A DNA stretch of 64,000 bases. It comes from Marsupella aquatica (Eukaryota > Plantae > Marchantiophyta). The stretch is from assembly GCA_973895155.1 (NCBI GenBank), contig OZ316891.1, forward strand, positions 62,001 through 126,000. Direction: 5' to 3'. This document shows, piece after piece, positions 51,107 to 63,798 of this stretch (its first letter is position 1; every line of letters starts with the position of its first letter). Both the position numbers and the translations under genes were made by a program. The notes under the pieces were generated by a model. The model was not told the origin of the DNA and searched no databases. It saw only the letters and a list, made by a program, of their open reading frames with translations.

Positions 51107-54100
51107 CTATTCTGTGATATCTACTTCATGAGGTAGCCCAAAATAAGGGCAATTATCAGCAGCTTCTTCAACAAGTTCAGTGATGCGCCGCGCCCACTCA
51201 TAATCCAAGGAGTTTTGAATGCGTGGATTGGAAGGCATAGTACCACTGCCTATTGTTGGTGCTCCAATGGTGACAAGCCACTCACTTTCTCCAGCATTGT
51301 TCACATTGTCATGCTCTTCCCCTTCCACCTGCGCATTACAATAACACTAGAATAAGTAAACAAATTCTTATGAAACTAGGACTTTTATATGGACCTTCTC
51401 TGTCTTGCAACATTATAGCATTTGGTACCTGCTCATCATCTTCAGTGGCTTGGGCAACTGAAACTTCTTTGCAAGATCGTTTGTTGTGGCCAACCTTTCC
51501 GCACCTGCTGCACGTACACTTTACATTACCTCGCTTCCTTTTCTTAGGTAGGATCTCAACCATTGGGAGGCCACTCGCAGAGTTTGCACCTGGAAACGGA
51601 ATGCCTCTCTCATTGTCATCATCCATTGGATATCTGAGACACAGCCTTCCTGTTGGATCAAGATGGAGGTCCTCCCCATTCCCTAAAGCCCTGGAACGAG
51701 TTTCCCCATGAATTCTTACCATTCGATGTTGCCCATTCACTATAGCAGGCTGTGGAGCATGACAACTTAAGCTCAATGGAAGGTGAGTGGAAACAAAGCT
51801 TCATAAAGTAAAACCAAAGACTGTGTCCGCCAGCATTTATGAAAATGCCTAGCCGGATTCTTTCCTGTTTCATCATCCCATGCCAGCATATGTTGGCATG
51901 GCCAAACCATCTCCTGTAGCTCCATGCAAGTGCACTTTGGTTTTGGTGACAAAGTGACAAGATACTCCTCAATCCCTGTTGTAGTCTGAATTTTGGCACT
52001 GGATTGACCATCACTGAATACCTGTAGCATGACAATATGAAATACGAAGCATGAGACAATCCATCCTCCACATGTGGTCAAAATGTTCGTTACAGAAGGA
52101 AAAGAAAGAGCCAATTTGCACCTGGAATTGTTGGAAGTTCTGCAAGTTGGTATTGTATCGTAGTTGTGCTAGTTTTGACAGTGGTTCTTGTCTGCATGCA
52201 ACCTCTATTCTCCTGTCTTTAAACTTTTGTTGAATGTACACCCAAAGAGCCACCAACAACTTTCCAGGTGCTAGCAGACGGAATGGTAATAATCCAGAAT
52301 TTGCTTGCTCGGCTGGATTACTTGTGACCTTACCCATGCGAGGAGTGGGAATGCATGCCTGGCATAACATTTCACATCCAGACCGCGGATGTAATGTGCT
52401 GCATCAACTCCCTTGCCGGCTATCAATGAACCAGACAGTTGATCTAGCACAGACTCATATCTGAATTGAAAGAGACAGAATACATGAGTCACAATGTGTA
52501 CAGAGACAGAATACATCAAGCACAATGTCAAAATATATAGAATACATCAAGCACAATGTCTAAATAGGCAAATTGCTTTCATATTGGTCCTAGTGAGTGT
52601 ATTTACTTACTGGTGCACATCATTGGCATAGACACATCCGTAGAAGAATTCACTTGCTGTTCTACCATGCCTGGTCCTCGGGGGGGTCACTTCCACAAAT
52701 GTTGACATCATGTGCGAACGAAGTAAGGGGCGTTTTATTCATTTTAGGGAAGTACTTAGAAGTAGCGAGGAAGTAAGTAAGGGGGTAACAATTCAAAAAG
52801 TGCCACTTGTCATCACATGATTCATTGCTTGCCACGTGTCAATAAATGATTGATGGGTTTTTTGAGCTTCCTATTCCTTTTTGAGAGAGTGATTAAATAG
52901 GGGCGTTCGCACATGGTATACAACAATTTCATAAGGTGAACCCCCCGAGGCCTGGTCTTCACGTTTCCCCTCAAATGATTTGCGCACTGTGCATGGATCT
53001 TTCCTACTGTCCAAAAATAATAAATTAGATTTTGTACTCCAGTTAGCACAGTATCATCATAACTCTCAAATTTGACATAATTAAGCAATCTAAGTGTGGA
53101 AGGGTGTTACCTGGCCAAATCTGACTTACAGCAGCAGTGAGATCCTTTTGACGATCTGATATGATGACAATGTCTTGACTACCAATGCCATATACAGCTC
53201 TGTCCATTAATTCTAGAAACCAAAGCCAGTTCTCTGTGTTTTCAACTGGTGCTACTCCATAGCAAAGTATGACACCGTTTGAGTTCCCATCCAGGCATGT
53301 AGCTAAAAATAGTTGAGTTGGATATTTTCTATTCTTGGTGTGACAAGCATCTAAACTAACCATTGGCTGAGTATAGTTAAGTGCTTTCCTGGTGGCAGAT
53401 GGACATATGAATGCTCTCCAAAAAATGGTGGAGTCCTCCATAGTGCACCAATGTGCAACACAGCCAGGGTCCGTCTCCCGAATCCTGTCAATCAATGTTG
53501 GGATCATCTGAAAAGATGATTTCTGTGAGCCAGCGGTCCAATGCCCTACAAGATCTTTGCCCCGCCACATTTGCTGGTAGTTACTTCCTCGCTTGTAGTC
53601 ACCTTGGAAACCAGACAGCAATTCCTTCACAGGCATTTTCAGATTTCTGATGATTCTTGGAGCCAATGTTACCCCCAACCATGCAGACTTGTGAGTAGGA
53701 GCTCTCCACTTGTGAATGTGAGCAACACAAGTATGTGTTAGTTCACATACAGTGATAATATGACCCCCACCCTTCACTCTACTGCAACGTACTCTGAAAG
53801 AACATTCATCTTCTGAGTAAAGCAAGTCTTCTGGTCCTGGTTGAGAGGGCTTAGATCTGGACAACTGTCCACAAGCTCCAGTTGCAGATGGCTTCCTAGT
53901 TTTCTGTTGACCAGGTTTACGTGGGTGTTGCAAACCAGGTAACCAAACGCTAGTGTGTTGGACTATGGACTTTGGTCTGTTGTGCACAACTCTTCCTTGT
54001 GTAGACAAAACAGTATTTATGTGCACAGTTTGTTGTACAGATATAGGTGCATTTTGGTGCACGGATTGTTGTGTAGACAATGACACATTTGTCTGCATGG

Positions 54101-54741
54101 TGTTCGCTTGAATGGCTGAAAGCGGTGCACGAGGTTGCTGACGAGCAAGAGTGATCTGATTAATGGCATTATGAAATTGACGATCTTCAATCTGCAAAAC
54201 CCCATGATTGTACACACCAAGAATTTCAACAAGTGATTGTAGGATGTCCCAAAATAAAAAAAGGTGTGGCATTGGTGGCAGTGGCAGTGGTAGCGGCAGC
54301 ACACACCTCTGCTTGACTGCGATATCGATTCTCTTGTTGTGTAGTTTGCTGCAATGTCTGAGACCTTGGTCCTTTCGATCGTCTTCCACTCCAATGGCCA
54401 TATCTGCTATGAAACTCATGCTCACCTTCTGACTCTTCATCCTCTTCCTCAAATTGAAGCTGCCACTGGTTTGGTTCCTCCGTAGCATGTGAATGAATGC
54501 TGTCATTGTCACCTTGGTCATCACAAGCTGCCTCATCATCGACTACCTGTTTTGATCTAGCAATCTTTCCAAACCTGCATACACGAATACATCGATTTGC
54601 AAACGTCTTGTATCTGGACATGGCTCGACCATTCATCACAGCCAGAGAATCTAGGCACCGATCAAACTCTTCAAAGCTATTGAAGTGCTCTCCCAACTTG
54701 ATTTGAGCAGCCTCTGCTGCCACTGTAACAGAGGAAGACAT
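51107..54741 (-). CDS. MuDRA-type Mutator transposase; multi-exon, with a probable frameshift near 51780
   Basis: MuDR domain GEHFNSFEEF. DDE residues in SLDACH, IISDRQK and TSNPAEQAN. C-x2-H in CANHL. SWIM finger CTC...PCQH. Zinc knuckle CSRCGKVGHNKRSC. Introns are GT-AG. Confidence 0.92.
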
Positions 54742-56334
54742 CTCATCACGTTAATATGTATACAATGACATCAATGTTCATGTGCGGAAGCTACATGCCT
54801 GGATGGGAACTCAAACGGTGTCATACTTTCAAATCACATTGGACTGACACACATTGTATGAAAATAAGAAATGTCCAGACAATCTGATGGCACCTTCTTC
54901 AGCAGTTCTGCCATCCAACATCCTCGGGGGGTTCTCAACATTCTTTCGAGCCCTCTGACGTTCTTGTGTGTCTTGCGTTCGTGCCCTCTCATGATAGGGG
55001 ACATTGACTTCCCAAACATCACCTCTGGTCCACAAATGCATTGAGTCATTGTCCTCCATGCCTGACACTGTCCCTCTAAGCGTACTGTACACATTAGGGG
55101 AGTGGAAACACTCACGACCCTGTTGTGCGAGCTCACGCGCAAAGCATGTGCACAAAAAAAGTGTCGTGTGAAATGACAGGAACGTGCAAAAGTTCTGTAA
55201 CATGTCAGTGATTTGGCGGGTCATCCTCTGAAAACATTATCCACCCTGTATTCTATTCAAGATATAAGCATGTTTAGCTTTTCCGCGCCTAAGCCAACGG
55301 GTACTCCAAACCCTAATTTGTTTAACTATATATAATCTAATACATTATATATATTAGATGTAAATGTCTACACCGCTTTGTATATGTTGTGGTTGCACTA
55401 TGCTTGGTTCATCCAACATTGTGGTCATTGTATACAGTTATGTCAATGTATACATGATCTAACTATGAGGCTCTATTTCATCGTGCGGCCGCACAACATA
55501 AGGTTTGTTTGACATCACGGTTCATGTTTGTACGCATTGTTGTCAATGTCTACATTGCGGGATACATTGATTCACTCGGAACTGCGATCGTAGTCGACCG
55601 CATTCGGCGACGCGGTCGGACACTGAAGAACAGTAGAACATGCTGCGTTTTACAGTGACAATCTCGCGTTATAAGAACTTCACAATGTGTTAGAAGAACA
55701 TATCACATGAAATGGTACCTCTGGTGGGCCCGGAGGTCCACTGGAAAGGCGTGGGAAACTTTTGGTCCATTAAGAGAGAAAGTTGCATTTGGAGGTCCAC
55801 TAAGTATATCTCTCCTGCTAAGATATATGAGTCAATCAAAATTAATGACAAACTCAATCATGGTTATGCCTTTATCAAAGTGATTCATTTGGAGACTGAG
55901 GTTTCCTAAACTTCGTGACATATTGCAAGTTTTGCATATGGGTCACAGGTAGAGTGACCTAACTTAGTAATCCTTGTATTAATTAATCAAACTTGTTATG
56001 GCTACGGGCGAGTTCTAATTAACCTTCAACTAACTTTTAATTAGTTTTGAGGGGGACCTAATTTAGGGTTTTCATTTAGAACCTCCTATTGATTAAATTG
56101 TATGGACAGTAGAGGATGTAGACCCCCTAGACCAGAGTCAAAGAAGAAATTGTTAGGTTTTACTCTTGGGTCTAGAGTTACTTTGAGTAACCATAGTTAG
56201 TCAAACCATGGTTAAGATATTAACCTAGATTAGTCTAGCTTGTTGTTAAATATATATACAGGAAAGACTTAGCTTGTATGTGGAACTCGCTCATTGTTAG
56301 GGAGTTGTTTGGTAGATAGGGAGAGGTATAGCCA

Positions 56335-56866
56335 CAAGGAGATAAGTAATCTCATCAGTTATCAGTCACTTTCATCAGTGTACCTGATATCAGTTGCCAC
56401 CTCATCTCAGAGAGGCCGCCAAGTTGTGATGCGAAAAAGTAAAAAATGAAGAAAAACAAAAATCTTGAATTTTTTTTCAAAATTTGAAGGAAATTTTTTT
56501 TGCCATGAGGCGTCCGTACCGTATGAACACCTATCTCGGCGAGCCCAGCCGAGATGGGAAAAAAATTTCAGAAATATTTTTTTTCAAATATTTTTTGGGG
56601 AAAATTTTTGGTTTTTTTTTCCACCTTTTTTTGTCGGTCCGTACGCCCCATCTCGGCGAGGCCAGCTGAGATAGGGAAAAAATTTCAAATTTTTTTTCCA
56701 AAATTTTTTTTTCGGGAAATTTTTGGGTTTTTTTTTGGATTTTTTTTCGGTCCGTACGCCCATCTTGGCGAGGTCAGTCGAGATTGAATCAACCTCGGCT
56801 GCCCAGCTGAGATGAGCGGAAGTTCAAAGGCCCCATCTCAACTCCTCAGCTGAGATTCTAAAATTC
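56335..56866. mobile_element. Truncated second copy of the 39606-40070 MITE family
   Basis: It shares catcagttatcagtc, ggtccgtacgcc, tctcggcgaggccagctgagat and catctcaact..tcagct. The right terminus is missing. Confidence 0.7.
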
Positions 56867-57778
56867 TTTACTCTTGGGTCTAGAGTTACTTTGAGTAACC
56901 ATAGTTAGTCAAACCATGGTTAAGATATTAACCTAGATTAGTCTTGTTGTTGGAATATATATACAGGAAATACTTAGTTTGTATGTGAAACTCAGGCTCA
57001 TTGTTAGGGAATTGTTTGGTAGATAGGGAGAGGTATAGCCGACAGACCTAAAGTGTAGTCCGTAAAATTTTCTCATGTGTTCCTATCGAATTAACCTGTG
57101 TTCCTATCGAAGTAACCTTTTTTTACAGAAGTGACCATGTACTGGTTGTGTGGGATACATGATCATTGGCTGTATCACTTGTGCATGTGTTTGCTCAACA
57201 TATCCTACACCTATGTAGAACATTAAAGTGTTTATTTTATTCCTTTGCAAAACATTGAAGTGCCTGATTTTTGAAAATACAATAGAGAAACTATTTTTTG
57301 CTCCCTTTTTGAAGAATAAGTTGTATTGTGATGAGACCTGCATCTCGATATGCTCACGAGGTAGCCACAATGACTACCCACAAATCTATAAAAGGCTAGG
57401 CCAATGTTACCGTAGGCATAATTATTGTGATTCGACGGCATCATGTACCCTGAAGCAAGCGGGTTTAGGGTTGCCAGCCCTATTCACTCATGGCGAAAAA
57501 GTGTGGTAGGGCACTTTTTGGGTACACTATGGTTGTCGCGTCTCTTGGGCCTCCAAATTGCTTTGTCAGTTGTGGGGAAGGAAAGAACTGGACCCCCCCG
57601 AGTATCGAGAACCGACAGGACAACCTGGCCTGTGACGGTACCCAACCGATCGCAGTCGATTCACAACGGCCCGCGTGGCACTGCTCAAAATCTATTCAAC
57701 GATCGAGTGCTGGTTTGGGAAGATGCAGTGTGACATCCCCCACAGACTTATGGGCGCAAGAGGCGTGTCACCTGCTTG

Positions 57779-58950
57779 GGTCAAATGTGGCGATGCGCCA
57801 GCGTTTACGACATGCGAAGCGAGAGAGAGTACCCCCTGCAGAAAGTGGACGCAGGTTTTTCACGTGGTGTCCTTGTGATTCGGGGCAAGTTGCTTTGTGG
57901 GGAGCAGGAATGTGGGCAGACGCAGTGGGCAGCCATTGACTGCAGTGGACTGTGGGTAGATGATGTCTGTCCTTCGTACAGGTTGTCGACTTGTTACCTT
58001 TGGATTCGGGATGAATGGATTCATGGAATATGGGACCATTGGGATTCATTTCTACAAGTCACGTGTTTTAAAATTAATGTTGTCTTGTAGTTAAATGAAC
58101 ATTGACCTGAAATTATTACACTAGATTCTTGTCTTTGAATGAAGAAATTCTAAGTGTCACTAGGTGCTAGTGAACCCCACTTTTTGGGGAGTATGTATGT
58201 TAAACTCTTGGGTGGAATAAAAAAACATACTAATGTCACCAAAATGTTACTACTTACAATATGTTGCTTTTCTCTGTATTTTCTCATGTTTTGTGTTTTT
58301 TTCACTACCTTACTAGTAGGGATTAATAAAGGTCAAAATGTCTTTCATTGTGTGAATTTTTTTGGGGGGGTAGGTGGTTCATGGACGTTTTTTTATGGTT
58401 TGGTTTCTCATGTGCGCTTTTTTTTATCATTTAGTAAAACCAAAAATGTGCCTTTTTGGTTTTACCATGAGAATGTGTGTGTTTTTTTCACTATTAAATA
58501 TTGTCATACACATCCAAAATGAACAGTGTGATTATAATGTATTCATTAGAGTACAATACAATGGTCATGGTACTTACAATCATGATTGCACATATCATGG
58601 GAATGACCAAAGGATTCATATGCATGCCCATGAAAGTGACTCATGTAAGCATGTGAGACTTATATCCATGCTTGCACTCTAGGTCAAATGTGGCGATGCA
58701 CCATCGTTTACGACATGCAACGCGAGAGTACCCCTGCAGAAAGTGGACGCAGGTTTCACGTGGTGTCCTTGTGATTCGGGGCAAGTTGCTTTGTGGGGAG
58801 CAGGAATGTGGGCAGAATGATGCAATGGGCAGCCATTGACTGCAGTGGACTGTGGGAAGGTGATGTCTGTCCGTCGTACGGCTGTCGCCTTGTTATGGCT
58901 GTCGCCTTGTTACCTTTGGATTTGGGACGAATGGATTCAATGGAGTATGG
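57779..58950. repeat. Dispersed direct duplication of about 250 bp separated by an AT-rich spacer
   Basis: 'ggtcaaatgtggcgatgc...gcagaaagtggacgcagg...ttgttacctttggatt' occurs at about 57779-58030 and 58682-58950. Confidence 0.85.
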
Positions 58951-59930
58951 GAACTCCCCATATTTATCAGGGAACCTAAACTGGACACCCTCATCTTCTT
59001 TGGACTCCCGTTGGAGCTCATCTATTTGACCCGTTGTTTCCTCCAATGAGATCTCATAGAAGTCGCAACTCTAGAGGATCCACAAGAGTGGGGCCCACGG
59101 GATCTCTCAGACTTATTTTACATGACTCAAGTGCGCTGCTTCTACAAAACCAAAAATCAGTGGGAGTGCTGGACCCAAAAGAAGCACAGTTACCCAGGAG
59201 CGGCCCCCACAAATATTGGACTATTGGAGCCACCCACTAGGATCAGCTGGCTGCATGGGCACGGATTGAGCTTGGTGTAGAAATTTCTGAATAAGTTTAA
59301 TTAACCCACGAAGGGGAGGCATAATATATGCAATGAGTCTCTTGAGCACCTGGGATAGGATGACTCAGAGGTCACGTAGGCCCTGGGGTTGTCAGGCAGG
59401 AGCGACAAGTGCCAACAGTGAACGTCCTAAACAGATTTTGTCCCAAGTAACTAATGGGCAACCATAACTAGGTCAATCTACCAATATACTAAATGGCTAA
59501 TTGAATGGTAAATTAATTACATCTAAGTAGCGACAACTAAAAAAGTTTAGCATGATGATGGCCACAAATACTAACACCGTATGTCCCTTAACTTTCAACA
59601 CTTGGACCCAGCAATTCCGAGCGCCTTTAGCTTTCTCAGCCCAGTTGCCCTTAGAAAGAAAGTAAATGTGCTTTTGGGAGAGCGAGAGTCAATGGACACA
59701 CATGGTGCGTGCAGCCTGTGGCCTAGTTCTATGATTTTGGAAGTAGAAGACAGACCATGTAGGCTGTCACCATTGTCTCCTTAGTTTACACTTAGAGCTC
59801 ATAGAAAGCAGGAGCAATGATGTCTCTTTAACAATAGCCTCACTTTTGGTGGGGTTCATTCAAAAGCTAGTGACAGTTAGAAAAGTAATGTCACCATTTG
59901 TGACAAACACTGGCAGCTGGTAGGGAATGT

Positions 59931-61448
59931 ATTCACGGAGACTAGTCCCTGTTTTGTCATTAAATGCACCTCGGTTCTCCCCCACACCCCACCGGAAGAC
60001 CCTCCTCATTTTTGTGTCACAATTCAGTTTCAGGCCAGCCTTTTTGGGTTCCCTCGCTGCCCCTGCCCATCCCATGCCTGGGCAGCCCTTAAAATCACAC
60101 CCTTCCTGCCCAACACCCCACCTGAAGACTCTCCTCATTTTTGTGTCACAAGTCAGTTTCAGGCCAACCTTTTTGGGTTCCCTCTCTGCCCCTGCCCATC
60201 CCATGCCTGGGCAGCCCTTAAAACCCCACCCTTCCTGCTGCTAACTGTTTGTTGAGTAGGGGTGGTGAACAAAGTTGCCATGACACGAAGGAGTGTTTAT
60301 GGCAAGCATCTACTCTTTCCCTTATCCCTTTTCTATGTCTTTCCCCTATTTCTCCAAAGAATAGTCTTCCGTGAACTTAGTAAGGTGAACCAGTGGTTTG
60401 GGTGAAATCCGGGTGCCTCGCTGATGCTATTTGGGTGCTATTTTTTAAAATTTGTTTTTTGCAGTTAAATCAAGTGGCCCTTAAACAATTCTTTGATGCT
60501 ATTTTGCCAAAAACCTTTGTGGAAATATTCATGTTAGACTTGAGCATTTCGTTGGTGTTATTTTTGTGAAAGTTTTTTTCAGATGTGAGCACCTAGCTAG
60601 AGCATTTCAGGCAATTTACACAATGTCACTTAAATGGTAGTTTTTATTGTTTAGCTTAGTACACAATGCACTAATTGAATTCACAAGGCATCAATTGAAT
60701 TCATAAAAATGAGCATTAGGATGCACATAGTAACAAATGTAAAAGCAGTTATATGACCTTAAAATTTGAGCTCAATGTTGGTGAAACAACCACAAAATTA
60801 GCTATCAAAATCATATCACAATTCACGTCTCTATGTGTACTCAAAGTGACACAAAAAGAACTTGGTGTGTTTAGGAAATACTCACATTGGACTCCTTTTT
60901 TTGGCAAAATAGCATCAAAGGATTGTTTAAATCACACGTGATTTATTTACAGAAAACAAATTTTTAAAAATAGTACCCAAAACCATTGACTCGCCTTACT
61001 AAAGTTCAGGTAAGACTATGCTTTGGAGAAATACTTTCAGGTGTGAGTACTGCCAAAAAATTTGAGATGGAATAACTAAAGAGAGTAAATATTAGGTACC
61101 TTAAAGTAGTACTACTCTGGCCTTATTTGGCTCTTTGGTCTTGGGTTTTATTTCCATGTTTCAAACTTTCAAAATACAGTCAGAAAAATCTGACGAATGG
61201 CCAGAGAGTGGGCCAGAGAAACCATTATTTAAAATAAAAATATATAAATAAAAATATATAAATAAAGGGGTTACCAAAAAGGGCGAGGTTTTAAGGGCTG
61301 CCCAAGCATGGGATGGGCAGGGCAGCCAGGGGACCCAAAAAGGCTGGCCTGAAAAAAGTGGACACAAAAACGAGGAGAGTCTTCGGGTGAGGTGTGGGGG
61401 AAAACCAAGTTACATTTAATGACAAAACAGGGACTCGTCTTCCTGAAT
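59931..61448. mobile_element. Non-autonomous TIR element, 1.5 kb, with TIRs of about 160 bp and an 8-bp TSD
   Basis: TSD gggaatgt at 59923-59930 and 61449-61456. The left end 'attcacggagactagtccctgttttgtcattaaatg...gggcagcccttaaaa' is inverted at about 61285-61448. The left arm has a 120-bp tandem duplication. Confidence 0.85.
60349..61031. mobile_element. Stowaway/Tc1-mariner-like MITE nested in the 1.5-kb element
   Basis: TA|TTTCTCCAAAG.ATAGTCTT ... AAGACTAT.CTTTGGAGAAA|TA. The inverted arms extend about 170 bp (tttgatgctattttgccaaaaa / tttttggcaaaatagcatcaaag). Confidence 0.7.
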
Positions 61449-61458
61449 GGGAATGTGG

Positions 61459-61600
61459 GCAGTCCGGTAGGGGAGTCTTATTATGAGCCTCGAGATTGCA
61501 GTCCGGTACGGGAATCTTATTATGAGCCTCGAGATTGCTTGTGGAGGCAGGGAATGTGGGCAGTCCTGTACGGGAGTCTCATTATGAGCCTCGAGATTGC
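61459..61600. repeat. Three copies of a unit of about 40 bp
   Basis: 'gcagtccggta.ggga.tcttattatgagcctcgagattgc' occurs three times. Confidence 0.85.
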
Positions 61601-63235
61601 TTTTCGTGGCTCGATGCTGAACATGAGGGACACAGTAAACTTCGACGGCTGAATACAGGAGTTGTTGCCTTTTTTCCCAGAGCTTGGGGCTTCGGATTTT
61701 GGCTATAAATTAAACGTACAGTTGTGGCCCGGTGCCACGATGCGACGGATTGACGGATCCTGCACGAGGTGGACTGCATAGCATCAGAGGCCCCGCTCGG
61801 AGTTGGAATTGAATTTTGCCGGTGCGTTTGATGTCTGTACATTTGAATTGAATGCTGGTATGGTGTAGTTCTCGCACCGTGTTTGTAGTCAAGATTTCGC
61901 TGATTCCCAACTTCGGTGATGTATAATGTTCGACTTCGGGAGGCGCGGTTTCGATCCCTTACGGCACCTTTTTTGCATCGTGTTTGCGCGGCCGATTTTT
62001 CACTCGTTGCTTTGCGTTCGATGTGCTGTTTCTGAATGTCGAGCTGACTCCGATGCGTTGGATCCGATCCATCCTGTCACACATTTCGGTTGTGTGTTTT
62101 TACGGCGAAAATTCGAGAAGGTGTTTTCAGGCCTTGGAAAGCACGATGAGCTTTTTTCGAATGTGTGTGTGAATTTCAGTTGCACTTGCCAATCCAGAGT
62201 CAGGACTCTCAATCGAAGCTCCATCAAAACTCTCTGCCTCTCTCTATCGACTGTCCTGGGGCCTCGCTGGTGTCTCCATGTTTTAGGTTTAAATCAGTTC
62301 ATAATTGCGACGTGCTCTCCGCCATTTCATTCTATCGCGTTCTTCCTTCGAGGTCCAACATTCGCTGCTGTAGTGGAGGGATTCAGCTACAGGTCTTCAA
62401 TAAGGGAGTCTTCAATGAGAGGGACTGAGGGCAGCCCAGTACTTTTCCTATTGTTAGATTCCTGGCAGGGCTTTCCCGCAGTTCACTCCCAATCACGGCC
62501 AGCAAGAACTAACTTCTCGAACAGTAGGAAATGTATTTAGTCTAATTGCACAGTATAGTTTGCCGGCTCCTAAAGAATTGTGTGGCTCACATATGAGCTG
62601 CCTGCGTCTGGGAGGAGCGGTCGTAACTAAGGTTAGTGTACCTAACGGATCTCAGATCGTACCTAAGGGATTTCAGATGGTATATGTAACATGGCACAAT
62701 TCTCGAAATTCTTTGATCTTTCTGTTCTCGGTTTGTAGTCTCGCAATTTTACAATACTTGTGAGGATAATTCTATTGGGCATGGCAGAGATAGAAGCTGT
62801 CTGCAGACAATAGCTATCCCGTCAGTGTCAACGAACGTTTCCCCTCTTGCAAGTCTGTTGTGCTGTTTGATCCTGCTGCAGTTTCTTTCCACCACAGTTG
62901 CTCCCGGATGTCACTGTTCTATCTTCATTGCCACATATTCGCTATTGGATTTGCAAATTGTCCGAATCGGTCCGTCGATGTATCCAGGAACGTCATTGTA
63001 ATTGCATTCAGTGAGTTTGAGTTCCGATTTTTGTGTTTTTGTCTGCTGTGATTTGTCTCCGCATCAGGCGCATCTGTCATCTCAACTTTTGTATAGGAAG
63101 TATTTTCAAAAGTGTTGAGATTTCGGCTCGTTGATCGAGGTTCTGAGACACGTTGCGTGAAGTGTGAATTCAAGCAGCAGGTAGAGTTGAAGGAGCCGCC
63201 GAATCCTGCGTGTCTAATTTTAACCACTAGTCAAC

Positions 63236-63798
63236 ATGGCCGTGATCATGGGAGTGGAGGTACCAACAATGACCCGAGTCGGGTTTATTGGAGCAGGCCA
63301 AATGTCGGAAGCATTAGCTCGAGGACTGGTCAAAGCCGGGATCCTCCCACCTGATCGCATTTTTGCCTCAAAGGGATCCCGAAAGGCGGTATTTGAAAAT
63401 TTTGGCGTCACAGTGTGCTCCAACTTAGAGGCAAGAAACGACACCACCCTGTTACAAATCAGTTGCATAGACTCATGTTAAGACAACTCGTCAGCAAGGC
63501 CTTGAGATTATTTTCATCCAAGGTTCATTCACTGACTTGAATTCATCGCGAGAGTCAGTATTTGTGCCCCGCGTGCCAACTTACATTTCAGTGTCATAAG
63601 CAACTTTTAGATGATAGAGAGCTTTATGCTTCAGCAATTTCTTTAATGGGGTATTTCTGAACCTGTCTAACTGTAGGGAGCCCGATAAAATTGGTGTCAT
63701 AGTTGACGCGTGGACTCAAAAGTGATGACTTTTGTTTCGTGTTTGACAGGTCGTTGAGCACTGCAACGTGGTGATCATTGCGGTGAAACCACAAATAT
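63236..63798 (+). CDS. P5CR: Pyrroline-5-carboxylate reductase, first two coding exons (the gene continues beyond the window)
   Basis: Exon 1 (63236-63430) has the Rossmann motif VGFIGAGQMSEALARG. Exon 2 (63750-63798) encodes VVEHCNVVIIAVKPQI, containing the ProC signature AVKPQ. Confidence 0.93.

Larger units (their letters stand above)
40244..55814. mobile_element. Mutator-like element (MULE), 15.6 kb
   Basis: 67-bp perfect TIR 'gagagatatacttagtggacctcc...cccacgcc' at both ends, extending imperfectly beyond that. 10-bp TSD ctgctaagat at 40234-40243 and 55815-55824. It encodes a MuDRA-type transposase. Confidence 0.95.

Noticed and set aside
61926-62540. 204-aa ORF upstream of P5CR
   Set aside because: No recognisable domain, and the composition resembles 5'UTR/intron sequence. 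A uORF role cannot be excluded, but nothing here supports it.
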